From assembly GCA_050329835.1 (NCBI GenBank), contig JBHJOJ010000022.1:14502-78501 (forward strand): 64,000 nt of DNA, in the 5' to 3' direction. Below are positions 38,978 to 47,690 of the stretch, piece by piece. The position numbers and the translations under genes are program-made. Each line of letters opens with the position of its first letter. The stretch's first letter is position 1. The notes beneath the pieces are model-generated. The model saw only the letters and a list, made by a program, of their open reading frames with translations. It was not told the origin of the DNA and did not search any database. The DNA is from Kineosporiaceae bacterium. GTDB taxonomy: Bacteria; Actinomycetota; Actinomycetes; Actinomycetales; JBBAYJ01.

Positions 38978-41124
38978 CGGCGGCCGCGCCGACCGTCACC
39001 GTCCCCGATCTCACGCTCGCCGACGACGCCCGTGACGTCCTGCGGCGCCTCACCGACCGGGCCGACGCCGACTTCCGGCCGGACCAGCTGGAGGCGATCG
39101 AGGCGCTGCTGCTCCGGGGCGAACGGGTGCTCGTCGTCCAGCGGACGGGGTGGGGCAAGTCCGCGGTGTACTTCGTCGCCACCGCGCTGCTGCGGCGGGC
39201 GGGAGCGGGACCCACGATCATCGTGTCGCCGCTGCTGTCGCTCATGCGGAACCAGATCGACTCCGCGGCGCGGCCGGGCGTCCGGGCCCACACCGTCAAC
39301 TCCGGCAACGTCACCGAGTGGGACGAGGTCCGGGAGCTGCTGGCCGCCGGCGACGTCGACGTCCTGCTGGTCAGCCCCGAGCGACTCAACAACCCGCAGT
39401 TCCGCGAGACCTGGCTGCCCGCCCTCGCGGACACCACCGGGCTGCTGGTCGTCGACGAGGCCCACTGCGTGTCGGACTGGGGCCACGACTTCCGGCCGGA
39501 CTACCGTCGGGTGCGCGACCTGCTGGCCCGGCTGCGTCCGGGCACGCCGGTGCTCGCCACCACGGCGACGGCCAACGCCCGGGTCGTCACCGACGTCGGC
39601 GAGCAGCTGGCGGCCGGCGGGCGGGAGGTGCTCACCCTGCGCGGGCCGCTGGCCCGGGACTCGCTGCGGCTCGGCGTCCTGGCCCTGCCGGAGCCCGACC
39701 GGGTGCCCTGGCTGGCCGAGCACCTCGGCGACCTGACGAGCTCCGGGATCGTCTACACGCTGACCGTCGCCCAGGCTGAGGACACCGCCGAGGCGCTGCG
39801 CGCCGCCGGGCACGAGGTGCGGGCATACACCGGCCGCCAGGACGGCGACGAGCGGGTCGAGGCGGAGCGGGCGCTGCTCGAGAACCGGGTGAAGGCGCTC
39901 GTGGCGACGTCCGCGCTGGGCATGGGGTTCGACAAGCCGGACCTGGGCTTCGTGGTCCACCTCGGGGCGCCGAACTCGCCCATCGCCTACTACCAGCAGG
40001 TGGGCCGGGCCGGACGTGCCGTCGAGAGCGCCGACGTCCTGCTGCTGCCCGGGTCGCAGGACCGGGCCATCTGGGACTGGTTCGCCTCCCTCGCCTTCCC
40101 GGGCCCCGGCGTGGTGTCCCGGGTGCTGGCCGTCCTCGGGGACTCGACCCGCCCGCTGTCCACCCCTGCGCTCGAACCGCTCGTCGACCTCCGGCGGTCC
40201 CGGCTCGAGCTGCTGCTCAAGGTGCTCGACGTGGACGGCGCGGTCCGCCGCGTCGCGGGCGGATGGGAGGCCACCGGCCGCCCGTGGAGCTACGACGAGC
40301 CGCGTTACGCCCGGGTCGCCGAGGCCCGCACCGCCGAGGCCGCGGCGATGCTGGCGTATGCGGTCCCCGCGGACCGCGCGCCCGGCTGCCGGATGCGGTT
40401 CCTGCGGGAGCGGCTCGACGACCCGTGGGCCGCGGACTGCCGGCGCTGCGACGTCTGCGCCGGCCCGTGGTACCCGGCGGCGGTGTCGGCGGCGGCGAGG
40501 CGGGCCGTGGCCCGGGTGGTCGACCGGCCCGGCGTGGTGGTCGAGGCCAGGACCTCGTGGCCGACTGGGATGGACCGGGTCGGGGTGCCGGTGAGGGGCC
40601 GGATCGCCGAGGGCGAACGGACGAGCGACGGGCGTGCCGTCGCGCGGCTGTCCGATCTCGGGTGGGGGTCCCGGCTGCGCGGGCTGCTGGCCGACGGGGC
40701 GCCCGACGCCCCCGTCGGCGACGACCTCTTCCGTGCCGTGGCCACGGTCCTGCGGGAGTGGCAGTGGGCGGAGCGTCCGGTCGCGGTGGCGGCCGTCCCG
40801 TCCCGGCGGCGTCCCGTGCTGGTGGCGTCTCTCGCCGAGCGGCTGGCGGCGGCCGGCGGCCTGGAGTACCTGGGACCGCTCGAACTCCGTCACGGCGGAC
40901 CGGCGGGCGGGTCCGGCGGCAACAGCGCGACCCGACTGGCCGGCGTCTGGGAGCGGGTCGCCGTCCCCGGACCGACGGCGGCGCGGCTGCCGGCCCTGGC
41001 CGGCCCGGTCCTGCTCGTCGACGACCTCGTCGACTCCCGCTGGACGCTGACCGTCGCGGGGCGTGAACTCCGGCTGGCCGGCGCGGACGCCGTGCTCCCG
41101 TTCGCCCTGGCGGCGGCCGGGTGA
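38974..41124 (+). CDS. recQ: RecQ-family DNA helicase with a PRTase-like C-terminal module
   Basis: QRTGWGKSAVY (Walker A), VVDEAHCVSDWGHDFRPDY (DEAH), TATA and ATSALGMGFDKPD motifs. C-terminal VLLVDDLVDSRWTLTVAGRELRLAGADAV resembles a ComF/PRT fold. Confidence 0.85.
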   Translation: MTAAAPTVTVPDLTLADDARDVLRRLTDRADADFRPDQLEAIEALLLRGERVLVVQRTGWGKSAVYFVATALLRRAGAGPTIIVSPLLSLMRNQIDSAARPGVRAHTVNSGNVTEWDEVRELLAAGDVDVLLVSPERLNNPQFRETWLPALADTTGLLVVDEAHCVSDWGHDFRPDYRRVRDLLARLRPGTPVLATTATANARVVTDVGEQLAAGGREVLTLRGPLARDSLRLGVLALPEPDRVPWLAEHLGDLTSSGIVYTLTVAQAEDTAEALRAAGHEVRAYTGRQDGDERVEAERALLENRVKALVATSALGMGFDKPDLGFVVHLGAPNSPIAYYQQVGRAGRAVESADVLLLPGSQDRAIWDWFASLAFPGPGVVSRVLAVLGDSTRPLSTPALEPLVDLRRSRLELLLKVLDVDGAVRRVAGGWEATGRPWSYDEPRYARVAEARTAEAAAMLAYAVPADRAPGCRMRFLRERLDDPWAADCRRCDVCAGPWYPAAVSAAARRAVARVVDRPGVVVEARTSWPTGMDRVGVPVRGRIAEGERTSDGRAVARLSDLGWGSRLRGLLADGAPDAPVGDDLFRAVATVLREWQWAERPVAVAAVPSRRRPVLVASLAERLAAAGGLEYLGPLELRHGGPAGGSGGNSATRLAGVWERVAVPGPTAARLPALAGPVLLVDDLVDSRWTLTVAGRELRLAGADAVLPFALAAAG

Positions 41125-41142
41125 GGGGAGCAGGTCACCGTC

Positions 41143-41535
41143 GTGACCAGTCGCCTGACCGAGATCAGCGTCGACGCGCGGGATCCGCGCCGGCTCGCCG
41201 AGTTCTGGGCCGCCGTCCTCGACTACCGCATCCTCGACGAGCGTGAGGACGGCCTGGTGGAGATCGGCTCGTGGGAGCCGATGGTCGAGGCGCACCGCGC
41301 CGGGCCGCGGCCCCCGACGATCGTCTTCGCTCGGGTGCCCGAGGACAAGATCGTGAAGAACCGCCTGCACCTCGACGTCAGCCCGGTCGACGCCACGCGC
41401 GACGCCGAGGTGGACAGCCTGATCGCCCTGGGCGCACGCCGGATCGACGTCGGCCAGGGCGAGCAGAGCTGGGTCGTGCTCGCCGACCCCGGGGGCAACG
41501 AGTTCTGCGTGCTCCGGAGCCTCGCCGCGACGTAG
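41143..41535 (+). CDS. VOC/glyoxalase-like domain protein
   Basis: 130 aa: LTEISVDARDPRRLAEFWAAVLDY...KNRLHLDV...LADPGGNEFCV. Confidence 0.75.
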   Translation: MTSRLTEISVDARDPRRLAEFWAAVLDYRILDEREDGLVEIGSWEPMVEAHRAGPRPPTIVFARVPEDKIVKNRLHLDVSPVDATRDAEVDSLIALGARRIDVGQGEQSWVVLADPGGNEFCVLRSLAAT

Positions 41536-41581
41536 CCCCGGACGCCGCTGCGGGACCGCCGGACACGGCCCGCCGCCGGGC

Positions 41582-41612
41582 TTGCCCTGGAGCGCGCTCC
41601 AAGGCCGAGACT
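41582..41612 (+). promoter_or_regulatory. MerR-type promoter with dyad operator
   Basis: TTGCCC (-35), then a 19-nt spacer containing the perfect 14-bp palindrome TGGAGCGCGCTCCA (41588-41601), then GAGACT (-10). The ATG follows 6 nt after the -10, suggesting a leaderless transcript. Confidence 0.55.
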
Positions 41613-41618
41613 CCCGCC

Positions 41619-43001
41619 ATGGCAACGCTCACGATCGCCGAGGCCGCCGAGGCGGCCGGCACGAGCACCGACACGATCCGCTACTACGACCGCGAGGGCC
41701 TTCTTGCCGGGCTCGCCCGGGACACCGTCGGCAACCGCCGCTTCACCACCGACGACGTCGGCTGGCTGCGGGTGCTGCGGTGCCTGCGGGACACCGGGAT
41801 GACGATGGCGGACCTGCGCTCGTTCTGCGCGGTGGACGGCGAGGTCCGCCCCGCGGACCGGCTCGCCATGCTCGTGGCCCACCGGGACCGGGTGCTGGAT
41901 CGCATCCGCCGGACGCACGAGCAGCTCGCCGTCATCGACGGCAAGATCGAGGCCTACCGGATGTCCGCCGCCGGCACCAGGGCGCCCGAGGTGACCCCGG
42001 TGACCCCCGCGGCGACCGCGGCCCGCCGGCTCGGCCGCAGCGATCTCGCGACGTCCGCGCTCGGGGTCGGGACGTGGGTGCTCGGTGGGCCCTTCTCGAT
42101 GCAGGGCCGCCCGGTCGGGTGGGGCGAGGTCGACGACGAGGAGTCGGTCCGCGTGCTGCGCCGGGCCGTGGACCTCGGGGTCACCCTGGTCGACACCGCC
42201 GACGTCTACGGCACCGGTCACGCCGAGCGCATCGTCGCCCGCGCTCTCGGGGAGCGGCGCGACGACGTCGTCTACGCCACCAAGTGGGGCAACACCTACG
42301 ACGAGGACGCCCGCGAGCTCACCGGGAGCGATCCGACGCCGCAGTACGCCCGCCGGGCACTGGAGGCGTCGCTGCGCCGGCTCGGCACCGATCGGATCGA
42401 CGTCTGGCAGCTGCACCCCGGGGACCTCGATCCCGCGCTGGCCGACGACCTCGTGGCGCTGTGCGAGGACCTCGTCGACGAGGGGTCGATCCGGACCTAC
42501 GGCTGGAGCACCGACGACCCGGCCCGCGCGGCCCGGTTCGCCGCCGGACCCCGCTGCGCGCTGGTCCAGTGCACCCTCAACCTGTTCGAGCCCGCCCCGG
42601 CCATCCTCACCACCGCGCGTGACCACGACCTCGGCGTCCTCGCCCGCAGCCCCCTCGCCATGGGCCTGCTGAGCGACCGGGTGACCGCCGGCACCCGGCT
42701 CGCTCCGGGCGACGTCCGCCACACCAGCCCCGAGTGGCTGGCCTGGTTCCGGAACGGCCGGCCGACGCCCGAGTACCTGGCTCGCCGCGACGCGGTGCGC
42801 GACGTCCTCACCAGTGGCGGCCGCACCGTCGCCCAGGGCGCCCTCGCCTGGCTGTGGGCCCACGACGGGCGGATCGTCCCCATCCCCGGGTGCCGGACCG
42901 TCGCCCAGGCCGAGGAGAACGCCGGCGCCCTCGGGCACGGTCCGCTGACCCCGGAGCAGTACGCCGAGGTCGAGCGGCTCCTGGGCCGCGGAGCACCCTG
43001 A
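41619..43001 (+). CDS. MerR-family HTH domain fused to an aldo/keto reductase
   Basis: N-terminal TIAEAAEAAGTSTDTIRYYDREGLL plus a coiled-coil (~125 aa), a linker, then AKR motifs (LGVGTW, VTLVDTADVYGTGHAERIV, IDVWQLH, IPGCRT) in one uninterrupted frame. Confidence 0.8.
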   Translation: MATLTIAEAAEAAGTSTDTIRYYDREGLLAGLARDTVGNRRFTTDDVGWLRVLRCLRDTGMTMADLRSFCAVDGEVRPADRLAMLVAHRDRVLDRIRRTHEQLAVIDGKIEAYRMSAAGTRAPEVTPVTPAATAARRLGRSDLATSALGVGTWVLGGPFSMQGRPVGWGEVDDEESVRVLRRAVDLGVTLVDTADVYGTGHAERIVARALGERRDDVVYATKWGNTYDEDARELTGSDPTPQYARRALEASLRRLGTDRIDVWQLHPGDLDPALADDLVALCEDLVDEGSIRTYGWSTDDPARAARFAAGPRCALVQCTLNLFEPAPAILTTARDHDLGVLARSPLAMGLLSDRVTAGTRLAPGDVRHTSPEWLAWFRNGRPTPEYLARRDAVRDVLTSGGRTVAQGALAWLWAHDGRIVPIPGCRTVAQAEENAGALGHGPLTPEQYAEVERLLGRGAP

Positions 43002-43074
43002 CCGCTGGAGGTGTGTGCGGCCGGGATCCGGTGGGCGCGGACGCCCGGGTCGAGGTCGCCCTGGACGGCTACGG

Positions 43075-44364
43075 CTACCGGTGGCTGCGCGTCACCTGGG
43101 AGGGCAGCTGCCGGTCGTCCTGAGCGCCCGCCGCACCCGGGGCCGGCAGGCGGAGGACCAGTCGGGCGCCGGGGCCGTCCTCCCGGTTCGACGCCTGCAG
43201 GTCCCCTGACATCCGGCGGGCCAGGGCCCGGGAGATCGTGAGCCCGAGACCGGACCCGTCGCCGTCGTGGTGGTGGCGGGACGGGTCGCCCCGGTAGAGG
43301 CGGTCGAAGACGTGCGGGAGATGCTCGGGCGCGAACCCCTCGCCGGTGTCCGCGACGCTCAGCAGACCGTCCTCTCCGTCGGGGGAGACGGCGACGGTCA
43401 CAACGCCCCCGTCCGGCGTGTGCCGGAGGGCGTTGTCGAGGAGGTTGCCGACGATCTGGGCCAGCCGCGCCGGGTCGGCCAGCGCGGACACCGGTCCCGG
43501 GGCCGTCACGCCCAGCCGGACGCCGGCCCGCGTCGCCATCGGTCGGGCCGCCGCCACCGCGCGTTCCGCCTCCGCCGCCAGGTCGACGGGCACGGGATCC
43601 AGCGCCAGGGTCCGCTCCTCGGCCGCGGCCAGGACCTGGAGGTCCGTGACGAGCCGGCTCATCCGGTCCAGCTGCGAGCGGAGCGCGGCGAGGGTCCCGG
43701 CGTCGGGGTCCAGAACCCCGTCCTGCAACGCCTCGACCTGGGCGAGGAGCGTCGACAGGGGCGAGCGCAGCTCGTGGGCGAGGTCGTTCTGCTGCCGCCG
43801 CCGCTCGGTGTCCGCCTCCGCCAGGCGCCGGGCCATCTCCCGGAAGGACCCAGCCAGGTCGCGCGCCTCGGTGCCGAGCCGCGGGTCCGGGACGGCGACG
43901 TCGAACCGGCCGCGGGCGATCCGGTCGGCGGCCCGCGCCAGCTCCGAGAACGGCGACGCGAGCCGTCGGCTGGTGACGAGCGCGACCCCGGCCGCGGCCA
44001 GGGCGGACACCGCCAGGGCACTGGCCACCCCGATGAGCAGGGACGTCGCGAACGCCTCCCGGGCGTGGGCGAGCACGTGGGGATCGGTCTCCCCGGCGCG
44101 CCGCAGGTGCTCGTCGAACAGCGGGGGCGCCACCACCCACGTCACGACCACGACGGCCAGCACCGCCGCCGTCACCAGCCCGACGTCCGCGACGAGCAGC
44201 CGCGACCGCAGCCCGCCGCGCCCCCTCCCCCGGGTCTTCCGCCCATAACCGGTCCCAGAGCCGGTCCCGGGCCCCGTTATCCGCCCATAACCGGTCTCAG
44301 AGCCGGTCCCGGGCCCGGTTATCCGCCCATAACCGGGTGGGGGAGGGCGGGCAGGATCAGGCAT
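43075..44364 (-). CDS. Sensor histidine kinase
   Basis: TM-HAMP-DHp (H-box AHELRSPLS)-CA (NLLDNALRHT, DTGEGF, GSGLGLTIS). The ATG at 44364 overlaps the response-regulator stop. Confidence 0.85.
   Translation of the reverse strand: MPDPARPPPPGYGRITGPGTGSETGYGRITGPGTGSGTGYGRKTRGRGRGGLRSRLLVADVGLVTAAVLAVVVVTWVVAPPLFDEHLRRAGETDPHVLAHAREAFATSLLIGVASALAVSALAAAGVALVTSRRLASPFSELARAADRIARGRFDVAVPDPRLGTEARDLAGSFREMARRLAEADTERRRQQNDLAHELRSPLSTLLAQVEALQDGVLDPDAGTLAALRSQLDRMSRLVTDLQVLAAAEERTLALDPVPVDLAAEAERAVAAARPMATRAGVRLGVTAPGPVSALADPARLAQIVGNLLDNALRHTPDGGVVTVAVSPDGEDGLLSVADTGEGFAPEHLPHVFDRLYRGDPSRHHHDGDGSGLGLTISRALARRMSGDLQASNREDGPGARLVLRLPAPGAAGAQDDRQLPSQVTRSHR
44239..44337. repeat. 42-bp tandem repeat (2.3 copies) inside the kinase N-terminus
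   Basis: 44239-44280 and 44281-44322 differ at 2 positions, and a partial third unit follows. Each unit carries ATAACCGG...CCGGTTAT arms and encodes GYGRITGPGTGS(E/G)T. Confidence 0.85.
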
Positions 44365-45070
44365 GGGCGTGGTCCACGCGGTAGCCGACGCCGCGGACGG
44401 TCTCGACGTAGCGACCTCCCCCCGGGGCGTCGCCCAGCTTGCGGCGCAGGTTGGCGACGTGGACGTCGACGACGTGCTCGTCGCCGAACCACTCGCGGCC
44501 CCACATGGCATGGAGGATCTCGCGCCGGGTCGCCGCCCGCCCGGGTTCCGCCGCCAGGGTGGCGAGGACGTCGAGCTCGGTGGGGGTCAGCCCCAGGTCC
44601 CGGCCGTCGCGGGCGACGGTGCGAGCGGCGACGTCGACGACGAGGTCGTGCACCCGCAGCGTCCGGTCCGCCGGCCGGCCGCGGTCCGCCCGCCGCCGCA
44701 GCAGCGCCCGGACCCGTGCGGCGAGCACCCGGGGGCTGAACGGCTTCGTCAGGTAGTCGTCGGCGCCGGCGGCCAGCCCGCGGACGACGTCCTCCTCGTC
44801 GTCCCGGGCGGTCAGCATGAGGATGAAGGCGTCCCCGTCGGCCCGTAGGCGCCGCGCCACCTCCAGCCCGTCCATCCCGGGCAGCATGAGGTCGAGCACG
44901 ACGACGTCCGGACGATGCCGGTGGGCGGCCGCCAGCCCGCCCGGGCCGTCGTGGGCGACCGTGCAGTCCAGGCCCAGCCGATCGAGGTAGCGGGCGACGA
45001 CAGCGGCGAGCGCCTCCTCGTCGTCGACCACGAGGACGCGCCCGCCGGGGGCCGGCACCTCACCCGTCAT
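44357..45070 (-). CDS. OmpR-family response regulator
   Basis: VLVVDDEE, DLMLPGMDG and LTKPF motifs with a winged-helix C-terminus ending VRGVGYR. The start overlaps the DUF305 stop. Confidence 0.9.
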   Translation of the reverse strand: MTGEVPAPGGRVLVVDDEEALAAVVARYLDRLGLDCTVAHDGPGGLAAAHRHRPDVVVLDLMLPGMDGLEVARRLRADGDAFILMLTARDDEEDVVRGLAAGADDYLTKPFSPRVLAARVRALLRRRADRGRPADRTLRVHDLVVDVAARTVARDGRDLGLTPTELDVLATLAAEPGRAATRREILHAMWGREWFGDEHVVDVHVANLRRKLGDAPGGGRYVETVRGVGYRVDHAHA

Positions 45071-45716
45071 TCGTGGACAGCCACTCCTCCATGAGGTCGA
45101 TCTCGGCCTGCTGGGTCTCGACGATCGCGTCCGCGAGCTCGCGGACCTCCGGGGACTCGCCGTCGTCCTGGACGTCGCGCGCCATGTCGATCGCACCCTC
45201 GTGGTGCTCGATCATCATCTCGGTCCACATCCGGTCGAACTCGGAACCCGAGGCCTCGCGCAGCTCCTCGAGGTCCTCCTCCGACATCATGCCGCCCATC
45301 CCGCCGTGGCCCATGTGGTCCATGCCCTCCCCGGACCCCATGCCGTCACCCAGCCCGTCCATCATCTGCGGCACGCCCCACTCGTCGAGCCAACCCTCCA
45401 TCTGGTCGATCTCCGGCTGCTGGGCGGCCCGGATGTCCTCGGCGAGGGCGCGGACTGTCCCGTCCTCGCTGATCTCCAGGGCGTCGTCGGCCATGACGAC
45501 CGCCTGCTCGTGGTGCGGGATCATCATCTGGACGAACATGACGTCGGCGGCGTTCGCGTCACCCTCCGGATCCACCGTCGCCGCGGCGTCCTCGGTCGCG
45601 CCGGAGTCCTCCGAGTCGTCCCCGCAGGCGGCGAGCAGGCCTCCGGTCAGGGCCAGGGCCAGGGCGAGGCCGGCGACGGCGAGCGGGCGGAGCGGGCGCA
45701 GCGCGTGGTGGCGCAT
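45060..45716 (-). CDS. DUF305 lipoprotein (copper-associated four-helix protein)
   Basis: Lipobox LLAAC. Duplicated MIPHHEQAV / MIEHHEGAI motifs and a Met/His/Gly-rich loop (GMGSGEGMDHMGHGGMGGMM). Confidence 0.85.
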   Translation of the reverse strand: MRHHALRPLRPLAVAGLALALALTGGLLAACGDDSEDSGATEDAAATVDPEGDANAADVMFVQMMIPHHEQAVVMADDALEISEDGTVRALAEDIRAAQQPEIDQMEGWLDEWGVPQMMDGLGDGMGSGEGMDHMGHGGMGGMMSEEDLEELREASGSEFDRMWTEMMIEHHEGAIDMARDVQDDGESPEVRELADAIVETQQAEIDLMEEWLSTNDG

Positions 45717-45808
45717 CGGGTGCCTCCTGCGGTCGGTGTGGTCGATCACCGCCCACGATGCCGCCGTCCCGCGCCGGTCCCGGCCCCGGACGCCCTCCCC
45801 GGACCCGA

Positions 45809-45826
45809 TCTTGACCTGTTCTTGAG
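45809..45826. promoter_or_regulatory. Direct repeat TCTTGA(C/G) with 11-bp periodicity, a candidate response-regulator site
   Basis: tcttgac-ctgt-tcttgag is the lowest-GC patch in the divergent 215-bp intergenic region. Confidence 0.3.
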
Positions 45827-45930
45827 ACAGCGAGGCCGAGCCCGCCCGGGCGACCGCGGTCGGTGCCCGCGGAGGCCGTCGTGGCGCCGACGGGGCCGTC
45901 GTCCCTGGTCGGGGGAGCAAGGATGTCCTC

Positions 45931-46812
45931 GTGACACCGCGTTCCGTCCTCCGTCGGGCTCCTGTCCTTCTCGTCCTGGTCGCCGTCGCGTCCGGTTCGG
46001 CGGCGTGCGGCGGGGACGGCGCCCGGGCCACGAGCGCGGTGGCCGCCCCGGCGACGACCGGGACTCCCGGCAGCGCGGGTGGGGCCGCGCCGGCGGGCGT
46101 CGCGACGATCGACCTCCGGTCGGAGATCGACCACGTGCACGGTCTCGCCGTCGGCGCCGCGGGCGACGTCCTGGCCGGCACCCACTCCGGCGTGGTGCGA
46201 CTGGGCACGGACGGGTCCGTCGAGCCGGTGGGGCGGTCCCGCGACGACTTCATGGGGATGACGGGTGATCCGGACACCGGGCGGCTGTGGTCGTCCGGGC
46301 ACCCGGGCCGGGGCAGCGACCTGCCGGACCCGGTCGGCCTGCTCGTCAGCGACGACGGCGGCGTGACATGGCGACCGGTGTCCCTGACCGGCGACGTCGA
46401 CTTCCACGCCCTCGGCGCCTCGGGGGACCGGGTCGTCGGTTCCGGGGGACCGGCCGGCCTGCTGGTCAGCGAGGACGGCGGCCGCTCGTGGCGGGAGGGC
46501 CCCGCCCTGGCGGCGGCCGCGATCGTGGTCGCCGGCGACGAGGTGTGGGCGACCACCGCCGACGGCGTGCAGCACAGCACGGACGGCGGCTTCTCGTTCC
46601 GCCCGGTCCCGGACGCCCCGCCGCTGGTCCTGCTCAGCCGGGCGGCCGACGGGTCGATGTGGGGGATCGACGAGACCGGCGTGGCATGGCGGTCCCCGGT
46701 CGGCGGCGGGTGGGAGAGCCGCGCCGTCGTCGGCGCGGTCGAGGCGATGGTCGCCGCCGGACCCGACCTGGCGTACGCGGTGCGAGACGGGAAGCTGCTG
46801 GAGCTGACGTGA
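45931..46812 (+). CDS. Lipoprotein with BNR/sialidase-like beta-propeller repeats
   Basis: Lipobox SAAC. Repeated S-x-D-x-G-x-(T/S)-W motifs (SDDGGVTW, SEDGGRSW, STDGGFSF). Confidence 0.7.
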   Translation: MTPRSVLRRAPVLLVLVAVASGSAACGGDGARATSAVAAPATTGTPGSAGGAAPAGVATIDLRSEIDHVHGLAVGAAGDVLAGTHSGVVRLGTDGSVEPVGRSRDDFMGMTGDPDTGRLWSSGHPGRGSDLPDPVGLLVSDDGGVTWRPVSLTGDVDFHALGASGDRVVGSGGPAGLLVSEDGGRSWREGPALAAAAIVVAGDEVWATTADGVQHSTDGGFSFRPVPDAPPLVLLSRAADGSMWGIDETGVAWRSPVGGGWESRAVVGAVEAMVAAGPDLAYAVRDGKLLELT

Positions 46813-47690
46813 CGCCATCCCCGATGCCCTGGCCCGCCGACGGCGGGATCCCCTACCGGTCCTTCCCCGCTGTCGACCTCGGGCCGTTCGACGTGCAGGT
46901 CTACGGCGTCATGGTCGCCCTCGGGGTGCTGCTGGGCGGCTGGCTCATGAGCGTCCGCAACCGCCGGTACGGGATTGCGGCCGAGCGCAGCCAGAACCTC
47001 GTCGTCGTCCTGGTCGCCGCCGGTCTGGTGGGGGCGCGGCTGGCCTGGGTCCTCCCGAACCTGGACCAGATCGAGTCGCCGGTCGACGTCGTCGCGGTGT
47101 GGGACGGCGGCCTGACCCTGTCAGGCGGCTTCCTGGCCGCGTTGATCGCCATCCCGCTCGCCACCCGTGGCATGACGCCGTCCGACCGGTGGCGGCTGCT
47201 GGACGGGGCGGCGCTCGGGATGGCCGTCGGCCTGGTCCTCGGGCGGATCGGGTGCATCGCCGTCGGTGAGCACTTCGGGCGCGAGACCACGGCCGCGCTG
47301 GGCCTGCGGTACCTGGGTGGGAGCACCGTGCAGGGGCCCCTGGAGGTCGGGACGACGTACTGGTCGTTGCCGGTCGTCGAGATCGGGTACCTGCTGGCGA
47401 TCCTCGCGGTGATGTTGGTGGCGGACCGTCGGCGCGCCGCGGGGCCCGGCACGCTGGTGGGCATCTTCGTCGTCGGGTACGGCCTCAGCCGGTTCGTCTC
47501 CGACTTCCTCCGGGCCTACGACATCACGGTGCTCGGGCTCACCGGGGCGCAGTACCTCATGCTCGCCGCGATCCCGTTCGGGGTGTGGGCGCTCGTCGCT
47601 GCCCGGCATCGAGCGAGCCACCTCACCCCAGGGATCCGCGACCCGGCCGACGCCGCTCCTCCGACGGTCGGCGACGCTCCCGTCCGGTGA
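46809..47690 (+). CDS. lgt: Prolipoprotein diacylglyceryl transferase
   Basis: GVMVALGVLLG, WDGGLTLSGG and LGRIGCIAVGEHFG motifs. The GTG overlaps the upstream stop (GTGA). Confidence 0.85.
   Translation: MTPSPMPWPADGGIPYRSFPAVDLGPFDVQVYGVMVALGVLLGGWLMSVRNRRYGIAAERSQNLVVVLVAAGLVGARLAWVLPNLDQIESPVDVVAVWDGGLTLSGGFLAALIAIPLATRGMTPSDRWRLLDGAALGMAVGLVLGRIGCIAVGEHFGRETTAALGLRYLGGSTVQGPLEVGTTYWSLPVVEIGYLLAILAVMLVADRRRAAGPGTLVGIFVVGYGLSRFVSDFLRAYDITVLGLTGAQYLMLAAIPFGVWALVAARHRASHLTPGIRDPADAAPPTVGDAPVR

Noticed and set aside
44239-44337. Tandem repeats at 5157-5216, 17130-17156 and 44239-44337 as CRISPR arrays
   Set aside because: The units are directly adjacent with no unique spacers, lie in frame within coding sequence, and no cas genes are present.
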